The position numbers and the translations under genes are program-made. Shown in pieces: positions 51,284 to 60,217 of a DNA stretch of 64,000 nt (the stretch's first letter is position 1; the number at the start of each line of letters is the position of its first letter). The notes beneath the pieces are model-generated. The model was given only the letters and a program-made list of their open reading frames with translations, was not told the DNA's origin and ran no database searches. Source of the stretch: a virus; IMG/VR virus record IMGVR_UViG_3300012920_009134, positions 35,732 through 99,731 of that record, one strand, 5' to 3'.

Positions 51284-51957
51284 TGAAAAATAGAAAAGAA
51301 ATACTTGATCTTAAGATACATGAACTTAAGTTTGCCATAAAGAAACTCGAAATACATCAAAAAATAAACCACGAAGCAATGACTAAGTTTTCTAAAATGT
51401 TCAAAGAATATATAGATTCTGTTGAGGACGGCAAAGTAAAGCACAAGTTAAAGCAGGCAGCAGGACTTGCTGGAGAAAACGAGAGAAGGTCATCCAAAAC
51501 TGCAAAAAGAGCAAAACAGCAAAAGCAGTACAAGAGAGGACAAACTAAAGTACAACCAGAAGTAGAACAAGAACAGGTCTACGAACCACCCCCTGAAAAA
51601 CCAAAGAAAGAACTCCCAAAAGAATACAAAGCGCTGTATCGCAAAATAGCGAGCAAGACCCATCCAGATAGAATAAAGGATGACGAAGATAAAAAAAAGA
51701 TCTTGCAAGAAGTAAACAAAGCAATCACAAACGAAGATTACTTTAAGTTAATCGAATCTGCAATAAAGTTGGACATTGATATACCGGAAGAAATTGGAAT
51801 AAATTTTGGTGCTATTCAACAAAAGATATCCTCAATCCTCAACCAGATCAAACAAATCACAAAAAGCGTTGCCTGGGAATGGTATCATCTAGAAGATGAT
51901 GAAAAAAAGAAGAAACTTATTGAGGGTTACGCTTCTTTCATAACCGAGCACAAATGA
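51283..51957 (+). CDS. J-domain-like (DnaJ co-chaperone motif) protein
   Basis: KALYRKIASKTHPDRI...LQEVNKA (helix II - HPD - helix III). Confidence 0.75.
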   Translation: MKNRKEILDLKIHELKFAIKKLEIHQKINHEAMTKFSKMFKEYIDSVEDGKVKHKLKQAAGLAGENERRSSKTAKRAKQQKQYKRGQTKVQPEVEQEQVYEPPPEKPKKELPKEYKALYRKIASKTHPDRIKDDEDKKKILQEVNKAITNEDYFKLIESAIKLDIDIPEEIGINFGAIQQKISSILNQIKQITKSVAWEWYHLEDDEKKKKLIEGYASFITEHK

Positions 51958-52484
51958 TATTAGGACTGGATATTTCAACAAGCATAACAGGGGCAACTGT
52001 TCTTGACAAGGACGGCGCGTGCGTATATAATGAATATTGGGACACGAGGAATAAGAATCATTTTCCGACAATATACCATAAGGCACAGCACGTAAAGGCA
52101 CACTTAGAAAGGTTACATAGTGAGTACAAGTTTGAACATGTCTTTGTAGAACAGTCACTTCAGTCCTTTCGCTCTGGATTCTCTTCAGCACAGACTTTAT
52201 CTACTTTATCTAGATTCAATGGTATGGTATCTTGGATGTGTTGGGATATGTTCGGACACGAACCTCAAATGCTCGCAGCAACCTCTGCTAGAAAGCAAGT
52301 TGGAATAAAGGTTTCGAAAGGCGAGAAAGGAAAAGAAAAAAGTTTTGATTTTGTTGTTGCAAACGAACCCACTTTTGTAGTAGAATATACAAAGAATGGA
52401 AATGTAAAACCAGGTATCATGGATAAGTCTGATAGTTGGGTAATAGCGAAAGCAGGTTACAATCTTTGTATAGCGAAAAACTAA
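51954..52484 (+). CDS. RuvC-like Holliday junction resolvase
   Basis: ILGLDIS..TG, VFVEQ, DKSDSWVIA (D..E..D..D acidic site). Confidence 0.85.
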   Translation: MILGLDISTSITGATVLDKDGACVYNEYWDTRNKNHFPTIYHKAQHVKAHLERLHSEYKFEHVFVEQSLQSFRSGFSSAQTLSTLSRFNGMVSWMCWDMFGHEPQMLAATSARKQVGIKVSKGEKGKEKSFDFVVANEPTFVVEYTKNGNVKPGIMDKSDSWVIAKAGYNLCIAKN

Positions 52485-53392
52485 GTATCATAAAGCAGAG
52501 TCTTGGTGCCTATTATAAATCAAGCGATGAAATGCTCTTCTTTTGTCCAAAGTGCAATCACCATAAGAGAAAACTTTCAGTTAACATAGAGAAGAATAAG
52601 TTTCAGTGTTGGGTCTGTGAATATAAGGGAAGTAAAATAGACCCCTTGATCAAAGATAGAGATCTAAAACAAAAGTGGAGACAATTAACAAACCAAGTAG
52701 ATCTTAGTAGGTTTGAAGATTGCTTTGCGACTGAAGAAACTCTTGAAGTTGCTCAAACGCTTGAACTACCCGAGTATTACACAACATTGTCAACCCCCAA
52801 CCTCTCTTCTATCGGCAGGAAAGCGTTTGATTATTTGATAGATCGTGGAGTGACTAGATCTCAGATACTGATGCATCGAGTGGGGTTTTGCCATCATGGA
52901 CAGTATGCGAACAGGATCATTGTCCCATCTTTTAATCAAGAGGGTGATCTAAACTACTATATTGCGAGATCGTTTGGTGAAGACTATTTAAAATATAAAA
53001 ACCCTCCATGCTCAAAGGATGTTGTATTTAACGATCTTTTTCTTGATTGGTCAAAACCGATCGTTTTGGTTGAAGGGTTTTTTGATTCTTTAAAGTACGA
53101 AAACAGTGTTCCAATATTGGGATCGACACTTAGTATTAAAACTAAACTTTTTAACAAAATAGTTGACAACTGCAAGACGGTTTATATTTGCCTAGATCAA
53201 GATGCAAGAAAAAAAGAATTAAGAATAGTAAAGAATTTGCTTGACTTTGGCATAAATGTCTGTAAAATAAAACTATATGAATATTCCGATTTGGGAGAGG
53301 TTCCTGATTATTTGCTTGGAGAGTACAAGAATCGTGCCTCTATTGTTACAAGGCAAGACTATTTATTACAAAAACTTAACTTTGGAGGTTAA
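52436..53392 (+). CDS. DNA primase (Zn finger + TOPRIM); true start may be slightly downstream
   Basis: CPKC...CWVC, RIIVP, IARS, KYKN, LVEGFFDS, CLDQDA, DLGE. Confidence 0.9.
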   Translation: MGNSESRLQSLYSEKLSIIKQSLGAYYKSSDEMLFFCPKCNHHKRKLSVNIEKNKFQCWVCEYKGSKIDPLIKDRDLKQKWRQLTNQVDLSRFEDCFATEETLEVAQTLELPEYYTTLSTPNLSSIGRKAFDYLIDRGVTRSQILMHRVGFCHHGQYANRIIVPSFNQEGDLNYYIARSFGEDYLKYKNPPCSKDVVFNDLFLDWSKPIVLVEGFFDSLKYENSVPILGSTLSIKTKLFNKIVDNCKTVYICLDQDARKKELRIVKNLLDFGINVCKIKLYEYSDLGEVPDYLLGEYKNRASIVTRQDYLLQKLNFGG

Positions 53393-53395
53393 AGC

Positions 53396-53584
53396 ATGAA
53401 GATAGAGAAAAACAAGTTAAAAAATTTGATCAATGAAGAAATAGAAAGATCTTTTGATACTTCTGATGATGGATTTGTTATGGCAGAACAGATCATCAAA
53501 CAATACGAACAACTAAACGCAGGACAAAAGATCAACTTTTTAGAAAGACTTTTTAATCACATCAACGAAAATACTGACATTTAA
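53396..53584 (+). CDS. Small hypothetical protein
   Basis: GGAGG RBS; KLKNLINEEI N-terminus. Confidence 0.65.
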   Translation: MKIEKNKLKNLINEEIERSFDTSDDGFVMAEQIIKQYEQLNAGQKINFLERLFNHINENTDI

Positions 53585-53598
53585 AAAACGGAGGATAG

Positions 53599-56500
53599 AT
53601 GAAGTTTGCCCATATTGCGGATACGCATATCCGCAACCTTAAGTTTCATTATGAATATAAAGAAGTATTTAAACAGTTGTACGCCTCTCTCAAAGAAGAG
53701 GGCGTAGACTACATTGTACACTGTGGAGATATTGCACATACAAAAACTCAGATCTCACCAGAGTTTGTTGATATGGCGAGAGATTTCTTTGAAAACCTTG
53801 CCGCTATAGCGCCAACCTACATAATTCTAGGCAATCATGACGGTAATCTCAAAAACAGCAGTCGTCAGGACGCCATATCGCCTATTGTGAAGGCGTTGGG
53901 TAATGAACGCATAGTATTACTCAAGAACGCTGGTGAACATCGCTTAGAGGGCGGGTTTTGCCTAAATGTTTTATCGGTGTTCGATGAAGAGAACTGGGTA
54001 GATCCTACCGACAGCGAAGCAGTGAACATTGCGTTATATCATGGCGCTATTGATAAATCTAAGACTGATCTTAATTGGACGTTAGGCGGAGATCATGATA
54101 TTGGAATCTTTGATAAGTTTGATTTCGCCTTCCTTGGAGATATTCATAAGACACAGATTCTCGATCGAGAGGGTCGCATTCGGTACGCCGGATCAACAGT
54201 ACAGCAAAACTTTGGAGAATCTTTGGACAAGGGGTATTTGCTTTGGGATATTGAAAATAAAGATGATTTTACATGTAAGTTGATCACGTTTAAGAATCCA
54301 CAACCATTTGTAACGATAAACCTTAACAAGGACGGATCACTCCCAGATGTTGATTTAGATCTATCAGAGGGATCTCGGGTTCGCTTAGTTGCAGACTCCA
54401 ACATATCTTTGGATGTTATGAGGAGGAGTGTTGATATTGCAAAGTTTAAGTTTAAACCAGAAAGCATAACATACCTGAATCGTGCGTCTAGCAAGGCATT
54501 GGATGTCGGTACCGAAACCGTAAAGCAGGAAGACCTCAGAAATATTAACGTGCAAAACAAACTCATAAAAGATTATCTTAAAGACTATGAGGTTGCGGAA
54601 GATGTCATGGAAAAGGTCGTAGCGATAAACTCTAGACTTAACAAGACGATAGAAGATTCCGAAGAGATTTACAGAAACATAAACTGGAGCATGCAATCTC
54701 TTGAGTGGAGTGGATTGTTTAATTATGGTGATAACAACAAGATAGACTTTACAAAGTTGGAAGGCATTGTTGGCATCTTTGGAAAGAACTTTTCAGGCAA
54801 GTCTTCTATTGTTGACAGTCTTTTGTATGCAGTTTACAACTCTACATCTAAATCAGTTAGAAAAAATCTCAATATGATAAATCAGAATATGGATGTTGGT
54901 TCTGCAAAAGCGACAATCAAAATTGCTGATAAAGAACTGAATATTGAGCGTATATCTGAGAAATACACCAAAAAACTCAAAGGTGTGGAGACCGAGGAAG
55001 CCAAGACGGATGTTGATTTTTATTCAAGTGATGCAATAGGAAACACCGAAAGTCTTAATGGCACATCCAGACAAGACACAGATAAAAATATTAGAAAGTA
55101 TTTTGGAAACCTAGATGATTTTCTGATGACCTCCATGGCGTCTCAGTTAGATTCTCTAACTTTTATCAATGAGGGATCAACAAAGAGAAAGGAAATACTC
55201 GCTAAATTTTTAGATTTAGAGATTTTTGATAGAAAGTTTAGGATGGCAAAAGAAGAGTCCGCTGATATTCGCGGAGCGTTAAAAAGATTAGAAGGTAATG
55301 ATTATGACGAACAAATTCAGCAAGCGACCGCTGTCTTGGTCGAAAAGAATAAGATTCTTAAGACAAATCAAGAAAGATGCACAAAGTTGGAGAGAGAAAT
55401 ACAACAACTCCAGGTCGAGATTTCTTCCATTCAGGTTAAGATTGACTCTGCACCAACTGAAATCATTGACCCCATCAAGATCAATATGGAGAAAGAAACT
55501 GCGTTTAGAAAGTTAAACAAACTTAAGAAACAGTTAGAAGAAAATAGAAAAGAAGACGCAAGTGCAAAAAGCAAATATGCAAAGATCTTAAAGTTCCTGG
55601 AAGAGTTTAATATCGAAGAGTACAAGCACAAGAGAGATCTTTACGCCAAAAGTAACGAAGAGTTACAAAGATTGATTTTAGAACTAGAAAAAGAATCAGG
55701 ACACAAGTCTCTCTTGATGTCAGAGCAGGATCGTGTCTGTTCTGACTGTCACCACATTATTGAAGAAACGATAAAAAAGAAAAGTTCAACCATTGGCAAC
55801 TTAGCGATGAAGATTAACACGATTGGTGAAGGTCATAACGCAGAAGAGCAAGCAAAGGTTATCGATTATCTTGACAAGTATCAGCAAGTAGAAGATAAGA
55901 AGATTGAGACATCTGAGCGCATTGCTAAACTGCAACTTATCATCGATAAGGGGATAAGTGATATTTCTGTTCAAGAATCTTCTCTAGAAAAGTTGAACTT
56001 GAAACTTAAAAAGTACAACGACAACAGAGAGGCAATAGAGAATCTGGAAGAACTTATACTGGAAAAGAAGAATCTAGAAAAACTTGCAAGCAAAAATAAG
56101 AGAGAATGTGATTTATGTAAGAAACAGACCAACAATCTTTTCAGAGAAGTTGGTTCTGCAGAACAACAGATTAAGAACCTGGAAAACGATAAAGAAGAAC
56201 TTGAGTCTTTGAGAACTGAGTTTGCTGCATACGAACTTTTTATGAGATGTTTTCATACAAACGGTATTTCGTATAACGTCATCAAAAACAGACTACCAGT
56301 TATTAACGAAGAGATCGCTAAGATCTTAACTGGTATTGTTGACTTCGAGGTGTTCATTCTTAACGAGGATAAAAAGTTAGACATCTTTATTAAGCACCCT
56401 AAGTTTGAACCTCGTCCATTAGAAATGGGATCAGGAGCAGAGAAAACCATAGCATCCATGGCCATCCGCCTTTCTTTGTTATCAGTTTCGAGTCTCCCGA

Positions 56501-56700
56501 AACCAGATATTTTTATTTTAGACGAACCTGGAACCGCTCTGGATGAGGATAATATGGAAGGTTTTGTAAGAATTATTGACATGGTGAAGTCATATTTTAA
56601 GACTGTTATCCTTATCTCGCACCTAGATACTCTTAAAGACGCAGTGGATACGCAGATCGTTATTGATAAGAAAAAAGGATTTGCCCATGTAAGTGTCTAA
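53599..56700 (+). CDS. Fused Mre11/SbcD nuclease - Rad50/SbcC ATPase (gp47-gp46 fusion)
   Basis: HIADTH, GDIAH, GNHD, YHG, GDIH (metallophosphoesterase); GKNFSGKSS Walker A; coiled coil with CSDC hook; MGSGAEK signature; ILDEP; ISH. Confidence 0.95.
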   Translation: MKFAHIADTHIRNLKFHYEYKEVFKQLYASLKEEGVDYIVHCGDIAHTKTQISPEFVDMARDFFENLAAIAPTYIILGNHDGNLKNSSRQDAISPIVKALGNERIVLLKNAGEHRLEGGFCLNVLSVFDEENWVDPTDSEAVNIALYHGAIDKSKTDLNWTLGGDHDIGIFDKFDFAFLGDIHKTQILDREGRIRYAGSTVQQNFGESLDKGYLLWDIENKDDFTCKLITFKNPQPFVTINLNKDGSLPDVDLDLSEGSRVRLVADSNISLDVMRRSVDIAKFKFKPESITYLNRASSKALDVGTETVKQEDLRNINVQNKLIKDYLKDYEVAEDVMEKVVAINSRLNKTIEDSEEIYRNINWSMQSLEWSGLFNYGDNNKIDFTKLEGIVGIFGKNFSGKSSIVDSLLYAVYNSTSKSVRKNLNMINQNMDVGSAKATIKIADKELNIERISEKYTKKLKGVETEEAKTDVDFYSSDAIGNTESLNGTSRQDTDKNIRKYFGNLDDFLMTSMASQLDSLTFINEGSTKRKEILAKFLDLEIFDRKFRMAKEESADIRGALKRLEGNDYDEQIQQATAVLVEKNKILKTNQERCTKLEREIQQLQVEISSIQVKIDSAPTEIIDPIKINMEKETAFRKLNKLKKQLEENRKEDASAKSKYAKILKFLEEFNIEEYKHKRDLYAKSNEELQRLILELEKESGHKSLLMSEQDRVCSDCHHIIEETIKKKSSTIGNLAMKINTIGEGHNAEEQAKVIDYLDKYQQVEDKKIETSERIAKLQLIIDKGISDISVQESSLEKLNLKLKKYNDNREAIENLEELILEKKNLEKLASKNKRECDLCKKQTNNLFREVGSAEQQIKNLENDKEELESLRTEFAAYELFMRCFHTNGISYNVIKNRLPVINEEIAKILTGIVDFEVFILNEDKKLDIFIKHPKFEPRPLEMGSGAEKTIASMAIRLSLLSVSSLPKPDIFILDEPGTALDEDNMEGFVRIIDMVKSYFKTVILISHLDTLKDAVDTQIVIDKKKGFAHVSV

Positions 56701-56713
56701 GGAGGGTAACATT

Positions 56714-56911
56714 ATGACGGCAATTAAAGCATTTGCTGACAGACATGTGGAACGGTTTATTTCTAGAAAGTTTTTGGCGTGGTTGACTGCTACTGGATTG
56801 GCAGTTGCTGGTTCTCTTACATCTGGAGATTGGGTCGCCGTCACTCTTGCCTATATTGGTTCTCAGGCACTAGTTGACTTAGCAGTGCAGTGGAAGCACG
56901 GTCAAAAATAA
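56714..56911 (+). CDS. Holin-like small two-helix membrane protein
   Basis: ISRKFLAWL plus two hydrophobic segments; GGAGGG RBS supports start 56714. Confidence 0.6.
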   Translation: MTAIKAFADRHVERFISRKFLAWLTATGLAVAGSLTSGDWVAVTLAYIGSQALVDLAVQWKHGQK

Positions 56912-56918
56912 TCTCAAA

Positions 56919-57305
56919 ATGTATCACATAAAAGTCATATGGGTCTGGTTAAGACAGAACTGGAAGATTCCTTTTCTTGTTTTGTGGTCTATTGTTGTTT
57001 GGGCAATTTCTAGAAAGAATGCCCAGGCGGCGATGGATGTACTTGACGCAAGAAAAGAGTCGTATGAAAAACAAATCGTATCTTTAAAAGAGAACCACAA
57101 AAAAGAATTAACAAAGAGAGATTTATTAGTCAAGCAATATCATGACACCATTAAAAAAATAGAAGAAAAGCACAAAGAGAAAAGTGCTATACTTACTAAA
57201 AAGAACAAACAAAGAGTAAAGCAGATAATAGAGGAAACAGAAGGAGATTCGGATGCAGTTGAGAAAAGGATTGAAGAACTTTTTAATCTTTCTGATCTTA
57301 ATTAG
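56919..57305 (+). CDS. N-terminally anchored coiled-coil protein (i-spanin/Rz-like)
   Basis: Trp-rich N-terminal TM segment then charged coiled coil; follows the holin-like gene. Confidence 0.45.
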   Translation: MYHIKVIWVWLRQNWKIPFLVLWSIVVWAISRKNAQAAMDVLDARKESYEKQIVSLKENHKKELTKRDLLVKQYHDTIKKIEEKHKEKSAILTKKNKQRVKQIIEETEGDSDAVEKRIEELFNLSDLN

Positions 57306-57693
57306 TTTTACTGCTGCCCAGGCGACACCTCACATACAGAAGGTTAATAAAGGCGACCCAGCACTTTTTGCGGGGTGGTGCTTGAGCAATGCAGCAATGG
57401 CAAAGATTATTGCAGACAAAGAGCAGGAAGAAGACCGCTGTCAACTAAAAATCGAAACAGAGGTTGATAAGTGGAAGGCAAAATATCACTTAGAGGTTAG
57501 TAACCTTGATCTAAGAATACAGAGTTTAGAAGAAGAGTTAGACACAACTATTTCAATAAAGAATGAAGAGATAAAGAAGTTGGAAAAAGTTGCACTTGAG
57601 AGACCAAATGATTATTGGTATTTGTTCACAGCAGGCGGTTTTGTTGTTGGCGCATCTGCTGTTTTGGGTATCTGGGTGTTGGTAGGCAAGTGA
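57253..57693 (+). CDS. Signal-peptide, coiled-coil protein with C-terminal hydrophobic anchor (spanin-like candidate)
   Basis: ..FLIFLILISFTAAQA signal; coiled coil; YLFTAGGFVVGASAVLGIWVLV C-terminus; overlaps the upstream gene. Confidence 0.45.
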   Translation: MQLRKGLKNFLIFLILISFTAAQATPHIQKVNKGDPALFAGWCLSNAAMAKIIADKEQEEDRCQLKIETEVDKWKAKYHLEVSNLDLRIQSLEEELDTTISIKNEEIKKLEKVALERPNDYWYLFTAGGFVVGASAVLGIWVLVGK

Positions 57694-58097
57694 AAAAAAA
57701 TCAAGATCCAAACTTTATTGTAAAGTTAGAAAAAGCAATATCGCAGCGATGGGGAGAAGAAGCAATTGAAAATCCAAAAAAACATTGGACCCCTGAAAAA
57801 GAGCAAAAGCACGAAGAAGAAGTAAAAGAATTTTATAAAAGAAAGTTTTTTAAAGATGAGAAAAACTCGAAAGAAAACTACAAAGGGTTTTTAGTCACAA
57901 AAAAACTACTTACTAGAGAAAACGAAAGGGATTGTCCGGTTTGTCAATCTTACTCTTTCTCCACCAGAGACGATATGTATATGGCAAGATTTGATTGCTG
58001 TTTCAGTTGTTATGTACAGTGGGTAGAAGGAAGAGAAGATAGGTGGAAATCAGGTTGGCGACCCACAGAGGAGCAAATAAATGGCAACAACACTTGA
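57690..58097 (+). CDS. Cys-rich (Zn-binding) hypothetical protein
   Basis: CPVC...CCFSC; start inferred at GTG 57690 (GTGA overlap). Confidence 0.65.
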   Translation: MKKNQDPNFIVKLEKAISQRWGEEAIENPKKHWTPEKEQKHEEEVKEFYKRKFFKDEKNSKENYKGFLVTKKLLTRENERDCPVCQSYSFSTRDDMYMARFDCCFSCYVQWVEGREDRWKSGWRPTEEQINGNNT

Positions 58098-58629
58098 AAT
58101 TATTAACGGCATTTCGCATGTATTGGCAAAAGGTTACGATGGAGCACTCGACGAGAACGACGAACCTTTAAAGGTAGGTCTGAAAAGGGAGGAGGGGAAT
58201 CCACTCATTGATCCGAGAGTGGTTGATGGATTTGGAGTAAAGTTTGAATCAAACTGCATATGCATTACATACTCTAGTGAAGTAAAACTAAAGGAAGTGT
58301 ATGGTGGATCATTAGAGAACGATGTATCATCTAAGATTTCTGATGTCGCTGCATTTATTAAGAAAGAGTACAGAACACTAACGAAGAGTGGTTTGACTCT
58401 AACTGCAGACGGAGAAGTTAATGTCCTTGTGCAACCTGTTTCTAGGGTAAGAACTTTAGTCACGGCCGTTCAAAAGTTCAAGATTGGCGGTATTGAAGAA
58501 CAACCTAACGAAAGAGAAGCGATAGGCATTCCAACAACCCCTGAAGCAAAGAAGACACCTAACGATAAAAGAAAAGCAGACCCATTTGAGGTCTTTAAGG
58601 CATATGATTTCGCAAACAGGAAGAGATGA
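58081..58629 (+). CDS. Hypothetical protein upstream of terminase
   Basis: GAGGAG RBS; ATGA overlap with terminase. Confidence 0.7.
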   Translation: MATTLEIINGISHVLAKGYDGALDENDEPLKVGLKREEGNPLIDPRVVDGFGVKFESNCICITYSSEVKLKEVYGGSLENDVSSKISDVAAFIKKEYRTLTKSGLTLTADGEVNVLVQPVSRVRTLVTAVQKFKIGGIEEQPNEREAIGIPTTPEAKKTPNDKRKADPFEVFKAYDFANRKR

Positions 58630-60212
58630 GTTCGGTTCTATCTAAGAAAGAAATAATGCGAGAAATAGTTAAGTCGGGTCGTGATCCAAACTATTTCATC
58701 ACTAACTATGCAAAAATCACTCACCCACTAAAAGGATTGATACCGTTCAAGACTTATCCCTTTCAGAAGGATGCACTAAAGAATTTTGAAGATCATCGAT
58801 TCAACATTGTTCTTAAGGCGCGACAGTTGGGTTTATCTACTGTAACGGCAGCATATGTTGTATGGTTGATGATGTTCCACAAAGAAAAGAACGTGCTTGT
58901 ATTGGCAACAAAGTTTGGTACAGCAGCAAACCTCGTAAAGAAGGTAAAAACTATTATGAGGAACTGCCCAGATTGGATTAGGATAGCGCAAGTATCTGTT
59001 GACAACAGAACGTCATTTGAGTTAACAAACGGTTCGCAAATAAAAGCATCCTCTACTTCGGGCGACGCAGGTCGTTCAGAAGCGCTGTCTCTTTTGGTAG
59101 TGGACGAAGCAGCACACGTCGAAGGTTTAGATGAACTTTGGACCGGTCTCTACCCTACGCTATCAACAGGTGGTCGATGCATTGCTTTATCGACACCAAA
59201 TGGTGTTGGCAACTGGTTTCACAAAACGTATGTGGATGCAGAGAGTGGGACTAATGATTTTTTCTCCATGAACTTACCCTGGGATGTACATCCAGACAGA
59301 GATCAGGATTGGTTTGACAAAGAAACAAAGAATATGTCCCGCCGCCAGATAGCACAGGAACTAGAATGCAATTTTAACATGTCAGGCGAAACCGTTTTCC
59401 ATCCAGAAAAGATGGAACAGATAAGACAGTTTATGACTGAACCAAAATACAAGACAGGTTTTGATAGAAACTATTGGATTTGGAAAGAAGCAGAACCGGG
59501 AGTGCCATATTTGTTGAGCGCTGACGTAGCAAGAGGTGACGGAAAAGACTTTTCTGTGTTCCACATATTCGATACACTAAATATGGATATTGTAGCAGAG
59601 TATCAGGGTAGAGTGACACCAGATATCTTTTCGCAGATCCTGTTCGATGCAGGTAGAGAATACGGAGATTGCATGATAGTTGTAGAAAATAATACAGTTG
59701 GTTTCGCAGTTCTTGACAAACTCTTAGAAATGCAGTATCCTAATATATACCACTCAATTAAGTCATCGCATGAGTATGTAGACCAGGTTACTGCAGAAGC
59801 AGCATCAAACGCCGTTGCAGGATTTACTACAAGTCAAAAGACTAGACCTTTGATTGTGGCAAAGTTAGAGGAATTTGTAAGAAATGAACTAATTACGATA
59901 AATTCTCCTCGTCTTTATAATGAGATGAAGACTTTTATCTGGAACAACGGAAGACCAGAGGCGATGCGATCGTACAACGATGACTTGATTATGGCGTGCG
60001 CTATTGGATGTTGGGTGAGGGATACTGCTTTGATAGAGAATAAGAGAAACATTGAATACAACAAAGCATTTCTTGCTACAATGATGGCGGCAAAAACTAA
60101 AATGAACACTACAATAAAAGGTATGCATGGATATGAGGGCGATAGCGTTTTTGAGAAAAAGAAGAAACATTCTCAAACCTACGACCAATTTCCTTGGTTA
60201 TTTAAAGGATAA
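58626..60212 (+). CDS. Terminase large subunit, T4 gp17-like
   Basis: YPFQ, KARQLGLST, VVDEAAH (Walker B), STPNG, QELEC.F, ADVARG.G.DFS, VENN, DDLIMA. Confidence 0.96.
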   Translation: MSSVLSKKEIMREIVKSGRDPNYFITNYAKITHPLKGLIPFKTYPFQKDALKNFEDHRFNIVLKARQLGLSTVTAAYVVWLMMFHKEKNVLVLATKFGTAANLVKKVKTIMRNCPDWIRIAQVSVDNRTSFELTNGSQIKASSTSGDAGRSEALSLLVVDEAAHVEGLDELWTGLYPTLSTGGRCIALSTPNGVGNWFHKTYVDAESGTNDFFSMNLPWDVHPDRDQDWFDKETKNMSRRQIAQELECNFNMSGETVFHPEKMEQIRQFMTEPKYKTGFDRNYWIWKEAEPGVPYLLSADVARGDGKDFSVFHIFDTLNMDIVAEYQGRVTPDIFSQILFDAGREYGDCMIVVENNTVGFAVLDKLLEMQYPNIYHSIKSSHEYVDQVTAEAASNAVAGFTTSQKTRPLIVAKLEEFVRNELITINSPRLYNEMKTFIWNNGRPEAMRSYNDDLIMACAIGCWVRDTALIENKRNIEYNKAFLATMMAAKTKMNTTIKGMHGYEGDSVFEKKKKHSQTYDQFPWLFKG

Positions 60213-60217
60213 ATAAA

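Noticed and set aside
53599-56700. Giant eukaryotic virus origin suggested by the fusion and glycan genes
   Set aside because: T4-like terminase, portal, gp25, gp6, sigma factor and Shine-Dalgarno sites indicate a bacteriophage.
58626-60212. Intein or intron in the terminase
   Set aside because: 528 aa with contiguous motifs; no splice-junction or homing-endonuclease motifs.
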